64,000 nucleotides of DNA. It comes from Antedon mediterranea (lineage: Eukaryota > Animalia > Echinodermata). The translations under genes and the position numbers were made by a program. The notes under the pieces are model-generated. The model was not told where the DNA came from and made no database searches. It saw only the letters and a list, made by a program, of their open reading frames with translations. Positions 52,364 through 64,000 of this stretch are shown here, in pieces. Within the stretch, counting starts at the first letter, position 1, and every line of letters begins with the position of its first letter. The stretch spans positions 7,586,101 to 7,650,100 of the forward strand of contig NC_092677.1 of the NCBI RefSeq assembly GCF_964355755.1, in the 5' to 3' direction.

Positions 52364-53209
52364 CCTGATTTATACAGCTTTTTACTTTCATGGACACAAA
52401 TCAAACAGCTTAGAAATGCTCCGTTAAGTTTAACCGTTTTATTCAATGATTGAATATGTGTGTATGGTACGTATGGTAACTGAAAATAACAGAAAGTATA
52501 ATTCCTTCAATTTGATATTCAAATACAGTAGTACATATTATTGTTAATTAAATTGTTACATAGTTTGTTGTTTACATACAGTATCTTTTATACCCAGGTA
52601 AAAATTCCAGTTGAAGACCAGTTGGGAAATTTCCCAGTTGGGAATTTTCCCTGTTGTGAATTGAGACAATTACCAGTTGTAAATTTCCCAGTTGTGCATT
52701 TTCCAACTGGTCTGATAATCCCAGGTGTAAATTTCACCAGTTGTAAATTTCCCAACTGGTCTGATAATCCCAGTTGTGAATTTTCCAACTGGTCTGATCA
52801 ATCCCAGTTGTAAACTTTCCCAGTTGAGAATTTTCCCAACTGGTAAATTTTTGTACAAAAACAAATCACACAAACTACAGAACTTATTGTTAAACTGTTT
52901 ATTTTATTAACATTAATATTTACAATTACAGTAGTTACTTTCAATTCTGCAGTACTGTAGTTAATTAGCTTACAAAGGTCTTAACGACCTGCATAACCCC
53001 TACATCTACACACACAAATGTCAGCATATCCCTCCTGTTTCCTTTTTACAGGTCCATGAAAATGGAGATCTAGCATTTATTCAGTAATATATTTATGAAG
53101 TTATGGCCACCTTCTTTATTTCGTCATGTTGAAAAAATTAGTCCTGAAAGAGAAAAACCAAAACAAATTGTTACTTTATAAACAATCTACTGGTAGTACA
53201 AGGAAAAAA

Positions 53210-53485
53210 TGAAATTCAAATCTCAAGATCAATTTATATACTCTTACTAAAAAAGGAAGATGGAATCATATTAATAGAAATGAAAGATTACAGTGCAAAT
53301 TATGTTCTTGCTCCACAAGCAATTGAAGATGAGTATCACTTCACTTTAGTTTGTCCCTTTTATTCAGATATTAGCACTAAATATATTTTCATTTTAACGT
53401 AGAACAGAATTCTTAAACGCACTCTAATGTTATTGATTGAATTGTTACATTGTATATTATTTGGGCCAAAGGCCATATAAATAAC
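53210..53485 (+). mobile_element. LINE (RTE-X-like) 3' fragment
   Basis: Translates GRWNHI, ERLQCKLC, IEDEYHFTLVCPFY (C-terminal CCHC of non-LTR ORF2). Confidence 0.6.
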
Positions 53486-54811
53486 TATTTTCTTGGATCA
53501 TCCCAAGAAAGAAAGTATACATAAATATATTTACCCTTCAAATTGTACTGCTGTACTTTTTTGGTTGGTTTATAGCCTTGTTGTATTCAAGTAAACTGGA
53601 AATCACCTGCAATTGTGTATGACAAAAATTGAAGAAGGAAAATTAAAAAATATAGGATTTAGTTTAAGGAAACGGAGGCAGACTAAAACTGCATGGATTA
53701 GGCCTAGTTTGCTTTATTATTAGATTAGTAGGCCTAGGTTAGTAGTAGGCCTAGGCTAGGCTATGTTAAAATAGCAGCCATGCATGTCATCACTAGCTTT
53801 TTAGCTAGGCCTGGAGTAGTAGTGATAATACAACATGCACTGCAGAACAGTAGTACTACTGTACCTAGTTTAGGCTTACTACTATAGAGGCCTAGGTAGA
53901 CTTTAGAGGCCTAGCCTAGGCCTAAATTAACAAAAGTCATCATCATCATCATGAATGAATAATATTGGAAATAATTTGCTCGTTTGTGTGGTAATATTAT
54001 TAGGTTAATATATTATTGTTGGGCTTTATTTCTAGCCTACTATAGGCTAGTACTAGGTAGAGGCTAATAAGACAGTTTGCAGTCGTACACAGCCATGTAA
54101 TCAAGCAGCTAGCAGGGTGTAGGGCAAGGCTGTAGAGCCTATAGCTTTACTAGCCTAGGCTAGGTGGCCTAGCTAGCCAGCAGCGAGCGAGGCCTCCATT
54201 TTGTTGTCGATCTTTGATCATAGTTAGTAGGCCTATGCCTATAATAATAAGAGATAATAATAGACATATATATCAGGCCTACCTTTTATAAAACAGCAAG
54301 ATTTGTGCCTCATCCTTAATTTGATACGATTAGCCAATAATACCCTTTCTAGGCCTGGCATCTCTGTGCTGCGTGATGGCCAATTTTGCCGCCGAGACTG
54401 CACTGACACAAAAACAAAGGGAGCCGTTTTTGGCCGTTGGCTTGCAGTTTTCTGATTGGTTGTTTACGGTCTGCCGGCCTATACGACGCATGCTCCATTA
54501 TTTTCAAAAAGTTATGCAGTATTTTATGTGATTTAATTTAATAATTGTTTGTAGCAATAATATAGGATTACAAATAATAAATAACAATAAATATTAATTA
54601 TATTTTGAATATTCTATTCTATCTTCTATTCCCGTCACCTCAACCCAGAACACCTAAACTCAGAACACCCCTACCCCCACCTCTCCCCTGGGTCCTCTTC
54701 CGTACTCCCACGACGTACACCATCGTCTTTCTCTCTTCTCCGAATTCTTTTGGTTGTTAGGAAAAAAACTAAACCAATTGAACCAGTTGCCCAGTTGAAA
54801 AACCAATTGGA

Positions 54812-55180
54812 CGTCACGACAAATATGGTCCGGGGCCAAAATCGGTCCGGCCGGACCGATTTTGGCTCTAAAGTTGTGGCCAAAAGTAGTCCGCCACTGC
54901 CAAAATCGGTCCGGGTTTTTCTTCTGTCGATTTTAATTGAATTACTTTAGACCTATGATGCTGTTTTAAGTTGTTTATGGCTAGAAAATATCCCATGATA
55001 TATATAAGCAAGTTATATTATCTTGTCGGATAAATACTATAAATAAATGTATTTTATCTAAAAACATGACTTAGGTATTTCAGCCTGCCACACACTCACA
55101 TTTTATCCAGGCCGGACCAGTTTGGCAGCCATAAATGGTCCGCCGGACCGATTTTGGCCCGGACTGATTTTGGTGTGACA
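54812..55180. mobile_element. MITE nested in the CACTA-like element
   Basis: (T/C)GTCAC...GGCCAAAATCGGTCCG inverted termini; GGA on both flanks; interrupts the CCAGTTG array. Confidence 0.75.
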
Positions 55181-55675
55181 GGACCAGTTGTGTTTAAAAA
55201 AAAAAACTTTGAACTCAGTTGAGCTTTGGAATACCAGTTGACCAGTTTGAAAAACCAGTTGACCAGTTTGAAAAACCAGTTGACCAGTTGAAAAACCAGT
55301 TGACCAGTTTGAAAAACCAGTTGACCAGTTGGAAAAACCAGTTGACCAGTTGAAAAACCAGTTGTCAGTTGGAAAAACCAGTTGACCAGTTGGACAAACC
55401 AGTTAGACCAGTTGAAAAACCAGTTGACCAGTTGTTAAAACCAGTTAGACCAGTTGAACCAGTTGAAATTTCCAACTGTTTTCAACTGGAATTTTTACCT
55501 GGGTAGTATGACATAACTTACAAAGCTGTGAGCCTATGGATGCAGCACAATGAAAAACATCTGTGAATTTCTACTGTTAAACTTTAATACCTATGAATGA
55601 AAAAACTATAACTGACAATCTACGAAATCTATAAAACTATTAAAAAGTACAAAATACAACAAATGTAAGCATTAA

Positions 55676-56906
55676 CCGATTCACCACGATAAGCGCTTAA
55701 AGCGCTCAAAAGGTTAAAAGTCAAGGTCATTGTAAACAAATTATCAACAAAAAAAAAGTAAATCGAATTTACATGCGCAGTTTGCTGTGCATGAATCGTA
55801 ACAACAAATTATACAAAATACTCACAACTTTTTTTTTAAAAATATGCTTCTAAATATATAAAAACAATTGTTGAAGTTAGTTTGAAAATAAAATTCGAAA
55901 ATATAACCGTTTTTCGAAGCACGCTGTTCGAAACGCGACAGGCGCGTTGAATGAATCTAGGCCTAAACATACAACGTAAAATCGTCTAAAATCCATCTTT
56001 ATTTCTAATAATCACTATTTTGAAGCTTGTATACAATAAATGTATAATAAATAAAGATTATGTATCAGTTACAGTGTCTAAATCGTCATATTTCCATGTA
56101 AAAATGTGATTTTTCTACCGGAGAAAAGTCGTGAAGATGTCCTCACGAGGGCCGCGCCATATTGTTTACCTTTGATTGTAATATGAACCCTGACATGTCA
56201 GATGCATTATGGGCATGAAATATTTGTTCAAACTCTGCGCAAAGGTCAGTTTATTGAAGCATAACTTTTGACAAACATTTTGATACCAAACTTGTTTTAA
56301 TTTCATCAGTTTTCGACGCATTTTCGTCAAATTTTCTGCAAGCTACACGTCTAAAACAGCGGACTAAGCTCCCGAGGGATGCCGGTGCGCGTGAGAATCG
56401 CGAATTCCAAGTCGCTTTCGGGATGTTTTTTTTAACATTCCCAGTGAACAAACAGCGGCGAGGACGCTCTCGGGGCGGCTCCCGATAGGCCTAGGCCCCA
56501 TATGGTCATCGTCGGATGAGTCAGTCTACTAATTTCTTCATAATTTCGAAACCGGTCATTCATAATGGTCAAGTTTGGTCTTATTTTGAAGAGAAGAAAT
56601 AGGTTCTGATGAAGAGATGAGTTTTATTATGAAATATTTATTAATTTTTGTGCATTTGGTAGTCAAAGATAAATTACAAATTTTTAATAATTTTCCTAAA
56701 ATATTTCTAAAATTTGCATAATCCATACTCCGCCAAAATAAGTTGTAACACAAATTTGATAACATATTTGGAAATAAAATGTCCTTTGCATTATTTTTGT
56801 TTTTTAATTTTTTTAATGTCTGTGTTTAGAAAAAAAGTTAGGGTTAATTATATGACATATGCTTTTTGGGTCCCAGGGGAGCAAAATAAACTTAGGGGTC
56901 AATGGG
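55676..56906. mobile_element. piggyBac-like non-autonomous element inserted in BEL 5' LTR
   Basis: TTAA duplicated (55672-55675, 56907-56910) at the single TTAA of the 3' LTR; imperfect TIR CC(G/C)ATT(C/G)ACC. Confidence 0.85.
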
Positions 56907-58145
56907 TTAAGGGATCACCCTAAACATAACCATCAAAAAGGTACATCCAGTCGCCTTTTCAACACTATCCCTGTTGCCATAGCAACTAAGAAGAAACCAT
57001 CCCGCAAAAAACCTAGGCTATACAGCATCACGCGCACATGTGTGCATACTGTATGATAACTAGTTCACCCTTCGAACTATACACAATCAAAACTATTATA
57101 TAGATTCTCAAAATGCAATAACATTAATATCCATAGTATCCTAAATATATCTAAAACAAGCTGATTCAACAATTATAGTGATTTATCCATTTTAAACTAA
57201 TATTTCTTACCTACAAAGGTACGACTGAAGTTTATGACTGATCTATTAACTATAGGCAAAACAGTGCCGCGAAAAGTTACAATATGAAACGCCACAAATA
57301 TTGTATGGAAGGCAACTGTGGCCAGCATACTATATACATCAAAGAAACTTTGTGGCAAGTTTCATGCTTTGGTAATAAAGTGCACAACTTGGCTCTCTTT
57401 TTATGGCGTTAACTGCTCTTCTATAATGCATACTCGTGGTTTGAAATCTTTGTTTACTTTCGCTCACGACGATTTTCCAGTCGAAATGTAATTAATTAAT
57501 TTACCTAAACTTTTAGAAATAAACGAACAAAAAAATAATGTATGTCATATCAATTTTATTCCGTAAAATAAGCGACACACGCGCTGTATACCTTGAAACG
57601 CGGCCAAATTGTGCAAAAAATCACTATTTTTCAGCATGTTTTTTAAAGTTCTTCTCACTAATAACCGTCGGATTTACCTGGTTCAAACGGTAAAATGTGT
57701 ATAAATGAAAGTTTCATATTATTTCATAAATCACATCACTTAAATATGTGTTATCTCGTCGGAAAATCCAGTTTTTAATCACATTATTTTAAGTATCATA
57801 AAACAACACATTATTGAAATGCATAAAATCATATGTTACATGATACATGATGTTTATACTCACTTTATGTATTGATTAATTTATATTGAGAAAGTGGGAA
57901 TTAGGTTTTTCGGATTAAAGTATAAGTGTACGGATTATGGATGGTACCGTTTTGGTAAACTAAACATTTGAGGAAGCCAATTGGCCAACCGAAAACCAGT
58001 CAGCAGGGGGAGGAGACTGATCGTTGATTGTTGCATGTTGTTGATTAATTAAGAGTGAAATTACATTATTACCAAAGATAGTGTTTACATGGAGGAATGA
58101 TTTCCTCCATGGTGTGTAGGCTCTAGACCCTGGGCGTATTGCCTC

Positions 58146-60028
58146 GCCGGTGTAAGATTGAAATGTGTCCGGTGTTTGAGTGTCCACCGGACAATTTTCA
58201 GCATTGAATAGTGTAACACCAGCTATTGAAAATGGTTGCAACCAACCGGGCAGTTTTCATCGATAACAAAGTAGGACCATCGACTGTCACCACATCACCT
58301 TAACCCTGTAAAACTAGGCCGCTGGACATTTACCAACTCCCTAGGGTAATTATAATCGCTTAGAAAAAAAAATATGTCGATCCAAATAAATATTATTAAT
58401 ATTGTTATATCAGACATAGTCTTATTATACTACCTGTTTACAGAAGAGACATATCAATCGTCAATGGACGTAATTTGAAAAAAAATATAATGGTCGGTAA
58501 TTGGAGGTGTCTTTAAGTAAAATGATCTTTAATTGAAAGAGGACCAGTACAAGTACCCCTATCAATTAATAAATGGTCGCTAATTGGAGGTATTGGACCA
58601 GTACAATTACTTGTATTTTGTCACATAATTAAAACTATTTATCATTCTTGTCTTTATTCCTACCAATTAATAAATGGTGGCTAATCTAATTGGAGGTATT
58701 TTAAGTAATCGGTCTTTAATGAAGAGGACCAGTACAATTACTTGTTTTTGACACGTAATAAAACTATTTATTATTCTTGTCTTTATTCCTACCAATTAAT
58801 AAAATGGTCACTAATGGAGGTGTCTATAAGTAAAGTGATCTTTAATTGGAACGGCAATAAAGACTAATCAACTTCACGTAGATATGAACACTTTTAATAA
58901 ACAAACCAAAATAATATCAATCGACACTAACAACACACGAGGGCGTGCGAGTGTGATGGCGGAAGAGGACCAGTACACTTACTTTTTTTTTTTTCACATA
59001 ATTAAAACTATTTATTATTCTTGTCTTTACTCTTACCAATTAATAAGTGGTTGCTAATTGGAGGTGTCTATAAGTAAAGTGGTCTTTAATGGAAGAGGAC
59101 CAATACAATATTACTGTTTTTGTCACAAAATTAAAACTATGTATTCTTTTTCATTCATACTAAATAATATAATGGTCGCTAATTGGAGGTGTCTTTAAGT
59201 AAAGTGATCTATAATTGGAAGAGGACCAGTACAATCACTTAATTTTGTCACTATCATAATTATTAATTAATATTAAACTATGTATTATATACTCCTACCA
59301 ATTAATAAAATGGTCGCTAATTGGAGGTGTTTTAAAGTAAAGTGATCTTTAATTGGAAGCGGACCAGTACAATCATTTAATTTTGTCACTATCATAATTA
59401 TTAATTAATATTAAACTATGTATTATTTACTCCTACCAATTAATAAAATGGTCGCTAATTGGAGGTGTTTTAAGTAAAGTGGTCCTTTATTGAAAGAGGA
59501 CCAGTACAATTACTTGTTTTTTTTGTCATATAATTAATAACTATATATTCTTCTTGCTTTATTAATACTAAATAATATAATGGTCGCTAATTGGAGGTGT
59601 TTTAGGTAAAGTGATTTTTAATTGGAAGAGGACCACTTCGTTTACATGTTTTTGTCACATACTTAACAATTATTTATTCTTCTTGTCTTTTCACATACCA
59701 AATAATATAATGGTCCCTAATTGGAGGTGTTTAGGCAAAGCGATCTTTAATTAGAAAAAAAAACTAGTTTTGCATCATTAAGTATTATTGGTTATTAAAA
59801 GAAGACAAGACAAGTGCATGCGTGATCAAAACCTGACTCTCAAATCCCAACCACCTATCATAAAACGTATGATACAGTATTTAATAGTGGACGCATTTCA
59901 ATCCATGGGTCAGACATTATTAAACGGGCCGGACAGCATTAATTGTTGAAAAACGCCCACGAACCAGTTGAAACATGCAACTGGACACTATCCAATGCTT
60001 GCTGGACACATTTCAATCTTACACCGGC
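58146..60028. mobile_element. TIR element carrying an internal satellite
   Basis: Perfect 25-bp inverted termini GCCGGTGTAAGATTGAAATGTGTCC; possible TC duplication. Confidence 0.75.
58488..59752. repeat. ~120-140-bp tandem satellite, ~10 diverged copies
   Basis: Recurring AATGGTCGCTAATTGGAGGTGT...AAGTAAAGTGATCTTTAATTGGAAGAGGACCAGTACAA. Confidence 0.93.
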
Positions 60029-62954
60029 TCCTTAAATACTGAGAGCTCGAGCTGACTGTTATTTCTTTATTGTGCATGTAATATATAAAATAATTTAATT
60101 AGGAAATATTCTATAGCATTAACAAATTACAAAAAAATATATATAATATTATATCTATTACTTATTGATTTTTTTTCCATACATCTTGTACTTTAATATT
60201 ACAAACGCCATTTTTACCAATATATTGTAATTAATGCATTGTACTTCATAGTACTAATTATGATTACTTTATACATTTTAGCAACTCATGTTAAATTGAT
60301 ATTCACCTAATAATGTTCTTTTATTTGTGTAGAAATAAATATTAATATTAATAAATATATTATCATAAAAAATTAACATGCTATACATAACATATCTTTT
60401 TGATGGTGTTTTTAAAAAACTGTTCGTAATATCCTGTAATAATATATGCAATATCCAAGTAAAATTTATTAATTTTATGATAATTGTAACTTGGTATATA
60501 GTATTTATGTTACCAAGTCTCTAATAAATGTGATGAGTATATAAATAAAGGTTGTCTATAGTATTTTACAATTATTATACACACAATACATTGACATAAA
60601 AATCATCTTTATGTTTGTTCTTTAAAATTGATATAAAATAATCCTTTTCAATCACGTTTCCACTCTATTTTATAATTTATAACGTTTTGATACATACTCT
60701 ATTTTATATTAATTTAACGTTTTGATACAAAATCAACAACTTCCAATGTAATATATAATACAGTATCTGTGGTACTGCTATGTCTTACTGCTGTATTGTG
60801 AGCTTATTTAATTTATAAAAATGCGCCCTCTATTGACAAACAAAGATATTGTATAATGCAAAAGAATAGGGAGTTTTACATTTTGGCAATAGAGGGCGCA
60901 TGTTTTTATTTAATAATCTTAAAATCGTTCTAATTAATTAATGTGCAACTTTTTTCACTGGCGAGTTTGGTTTTTATGATAAGATATATGTGTAGAACAA
61001 TTCTACAAAAGATGAGGTAGCTGCCAGAGGGTCACCACGAAACTAAAAAACTAAGCCACTTTTCAGTGTTCAGCCCACGGCCTAATGTTGACGGCGGCCG
61101 ATTGCGAAGTTCGCGGGAGGTCATGACGTCACAACCAAATCACTTAACAAACATTGATGTAGTAGTAACATATAGAGCACAAACCGATAAATTCTCAAAA
61201 TTGACGCCCACGATTTATGGAGAATTTTATTTCAAAAAAAATAATTATCTTAAATAGGTTAACAAAAAGTAGACTACTTTAGGTGTAAATTTGATATTGG
61301 AAAAAACCAATCTTTTTTCCGCGAAATGCGTCAATCGCATCAGTTGTGGTAGTATTCGTAGTAGTAAACAGTCAAGGAAGTCAGTACTGTACCAAAGCTT
61401 CGCATAGTATGTGGTAATAATACGTAAACTGGGTAAATATAAATAGAATGTAAGTTAATAGGTCCACTATTCATATTATCTGTAAGTAGGCTACTAGTTA
61501 GTAGGGTTAGGGCAAGGTTCTGTATTTAGTTTTACAGGTTTACAGTTATGATGAAATCGGTCGCGATAAAAACATCAACTTCCGCTACAGTATTTTGTAT
61601 GGCACGCCGCTAGAGCTATAATACTGTAATGATTTTGGGGTTGAAGAAATATATAGAGGGCGGCAGATGGAGGCAGAGTTGGGCAGGATGCGATTTTTTT
61701 TTCCGTACGAGAGTTCCTCCATCGGTTCGTTTCGGACTCAATCGACTCTCTTCGGTATTCGGTAAAGTCAGCTCACTGATGCGTGACAATACAATACAAT
61801 TTACATTTACAAACCGCGAGCTAATAGTAAAACTTTCACACAAGCTCTCATAATAGTAAAATGAATCTATAACACTAACACTGTGTAATATACTGAACAA
61901 AAAATAAAATAAAAAAAATTAGGAAAATCTGATTTGTAGTTTTCGAAATATAGGGTCTAAAACATCGCCGAAAATGATCGTTTTTAGCCACGAAAGAAGT
62001 AAAACAATTTACGGCCCCAGTCGACAATTCTATTAACTACGCCATTTTTGGTTAAAATAATTACATATAATTACGTTTTTTAGTAATTTATTTTATATAT
62101 CACCATTGGAAATATCAATAAAACATGCTATTAAATGCTTATAAAATATATAAAGTTGTTTACTTAACGGAATTCGGGCAAATTCATTGCTCTAACTTTG
62201 TGTAGTAACGATCAGAGAGATTCATGGTACACGCGCGAGAGAAAACATTCCGCTGCGGGTGATTCGCATCCACCAATCAAATCAGCCAGAATTCAAAATC
62301 ATTCAACCGTGAGCAATGCCAATCGCGAGAAAGCTCAGCTTTGATTGGCTTACGATGACATCATATCCCAAAATGGGGGGGGGGGGGGGGGGAGCCTCAC
62401 GGAATATTCTGTTCCAAAAATGAAATACATGAATATTTTTTATGGTATGTGTGCTTTTTCTTTAAAAATTTTGAATAATAAAGGCCTCATATCGAGAAAA
62501 AAACAGGTTTTTGGCACTTATAATAAATATTAGACAAAAAAGCACATGGCATGTGGAACTATATAATCTTAGCGTAGGAAGACATACAAATCCCAGGTCA
62601 TGAGAAGCTCAACTGCAAAAACAAGGTTGAATAGGGTAAGGTCAAAGACTTTTGAGTAAACAATCTACCGCGTACGGCCGTACGTACGTGCTAGGTAGTA
62701 CGATATTTTGACCACATTTTTTACGTGTTTCGTTAGATGTAATGAAAATAAAAATAGTTGATCTGAAGCGATCAATGATATGATATGTAAATAAACAAAC
62801 ACTCAAAAGAATTATGTTTACAGTTCAATTATTGTCCGAATAATACAGTAGTTTTTTTTTTCCCGGCACCTTTGTTTGCCGACGGACGCGATGATGTGCC
62901 GACGACACGAAATCAGGGGGGGGGGGGGGGCCGGCCTCCTACTGGATACGCCAC

Positions 62955-63172
62955 TGGTGGAGGTTACACCATTGTTGGAGGTTACGTTGCTGTGGAGGTT
63001 ACACCATTGTTGGAGGTTACGTTGCTGTGGAGGTTACACATTGTTGGTGGTTACGTTGCTGGTTGGAGGTTACGCCATTGTTGGTGGTTACGTTGCTGTT
63101 GGAGGTTACACCGTGGTTGGTGGTTACGCTACTATTGGAAGTTACGTCATTACTGGTGGTTGCGCTGTTGTT
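62955..63172. repeat. 18-bp minisatellite, ~12 copies
   Basis: Alternating TGGAGGTTACACCATTGT / TGG(A/T)GGTTACGTTGCTGT. Confidence 0.9.
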
Positions 63173-63825
63173 TCAAGTCCGGCGTAATAGCAGAACTAAT
63201 CTAATTAATTATTATAATTGGTTGTTACCAATAATTTGGAATCAAAGAAGAATAAAGGAGGTCATTCCAGTAATTGTAATTGATTTGTTTGTTTTATTCG
63301 AGTGTACCGTGGTACCGCAGACCCTTCCCCCCAAAAGGGAACAAACCCGAGAGCGGATTTTCGTTACAATACTTTTGATGATATCGGTCGCGCTATTTTG
63401 TATGGAGCGGGATGCATGCGAGAGCGGGATATACATTGTCTTCGTTTATAATATATAGATATAAAAGATATCTTTTAGGAACTTGATGGATATTTTTTAT
63501 TTGTTTAATAAATATTTATTATCAAATGAAATTGTTTTTTTTTTATTTTACAGGTCTCGGATATATATATATATATGCTAACTTTTCTGGCTGTTTACTT
63601 TATCGTTTTGATTTAGCTTTTCGCTTTTTATTTTTGTATCTCCATTGAGATCCAGCCACTGATACCCACAGCATTGTCATTTTTTTTCAGTAATTTGCCT
63701 TTATATATATATATAAACACATCAGGCAATGAACATTAATTCTAAACCGCCCGGTGATATACTGAAATTTAATTAATTAATTTGAAACGATAAAGATGAG
63801 GAAATCTGTGAGAATGAGAAAAAGT

Positions 63826-63897
63826 CGCCCCAACCGAGACTCGAACTCGGACCGCCTGCTTGATATGCAGATGTCCTAACCATTAGACCACTGGGAC
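63826..63897 (-). tRNA. tRNA-like cloverleaf, anticodon ATC (Asp-like); probably pseudogene or TE-borne
   Basis: GTCCCAG/TTGGGGC acceptor, GTC-TAATGGTTAG-GAC D arm, TCTGC-ATATCAA-GCAGG anticodon arm, CCGAG-TTCGAGT-CTCGG T arm, followed by TTTTT. Confidence 0.6.
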
Positions 63898-64000
63898 TTT
63901 CATGGTATTGTTCGAACTCGATTGGATAACGACTCTTTAACATTCTCGGCGTGGTACGGCGGAACAGCACTAGTCCTCAGTTGTACGCACGCGCAACAGA

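Larger units (their letters stand above)
52593..55503. mobile_element. CACTA/EnSpm-like non-autonomous element inserted in BEL 5' LTR
   Basis: TIR CCCAGGTAAAAATTCCAGTTGAA, TA duplication, subterminal arrays of CCAGTT(G) at 52606-52845 and ~55230-55490; the LTR sequence resumes exactly after it. Confidence 0.85.
47496..57329 (-). mobile_element. BEL/Pao LTR retrotransposon, internally deleted, with nested insertions
   Basis: 3' LTR 47496-48348; 5' LTR 52386-57329 (interrupted); TSD CTATA at 47491-47495 and 57330-57334; PPT GAGGGAG next to 48348; gag-PR-(RT deleted)-IN order. Confidence 0.95.
44632..57423. mobile_element. Academ-like long-TIR element, host of nested insertions
   Basis: Left arm 44632-~45070 is the inverse of the right arm split into ~47160-47495 and 57330-57423; termini T(A/G)G(A/T)AGAGCAGTTAA; TAA on both flanks. 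Confidence 0.8.

Noticed and set aside
52541-52873. Short ORFs with PVGKFTTG repeats
   Set aside because: By-products of the CCAGTTG subterminal array of the transposon.
60030-62860. Possible gene or large transposon in the distal region
   Set aside because: Only short ORFs without motifs; I could not define paired termini or a consistent exon chain.

Overview
AT-rich, intron-containing animal genomic DNA. It is probably an invertebrate deuterostome such as an echinoderm; this is an inference from short AT-rich introns, recurrent TAGGCCTA tracts and the gene set. I assembled five protein-coding genes by hand from GT-AG exons. (1) A 5'-truncated MATE/SLC47A transporter (+, 1386-9896). (2) Glycine cleavage H protein GCSH (+, 13979-17190). 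(3) A methionine sulfoxide reductase A (-, 22860-25911) whose catalytic codon is an in-frame TGA, with a canonical SECIS in the 3' UTR, so a selenoprotein; it has two alternative first exons (mitochondrial-type leader, or myristoylation-type MGDSSSK). (4) Single-exon GFOD1/2 (+, 27805-28950). (5) A 13-exon three-Ig-domain type I receptor with a tandem ITIM/ITSM tail (-, 34702-41027). Beyond 41.6 kb the window is almost all transposon: two Academ-like long-TIR elements, one holding a 5S-derived SINE, a minisatellite and an RT-deleted BEL/Pao LTR element whose 5' LTR carries nested CACTA-like and piggyBac-like insertions. Tiny palindromes with 7-8 bp direct repeats scattered across the window resemble P-superfamily excision footprints. 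All calls come from manual reading; no database searches were run.
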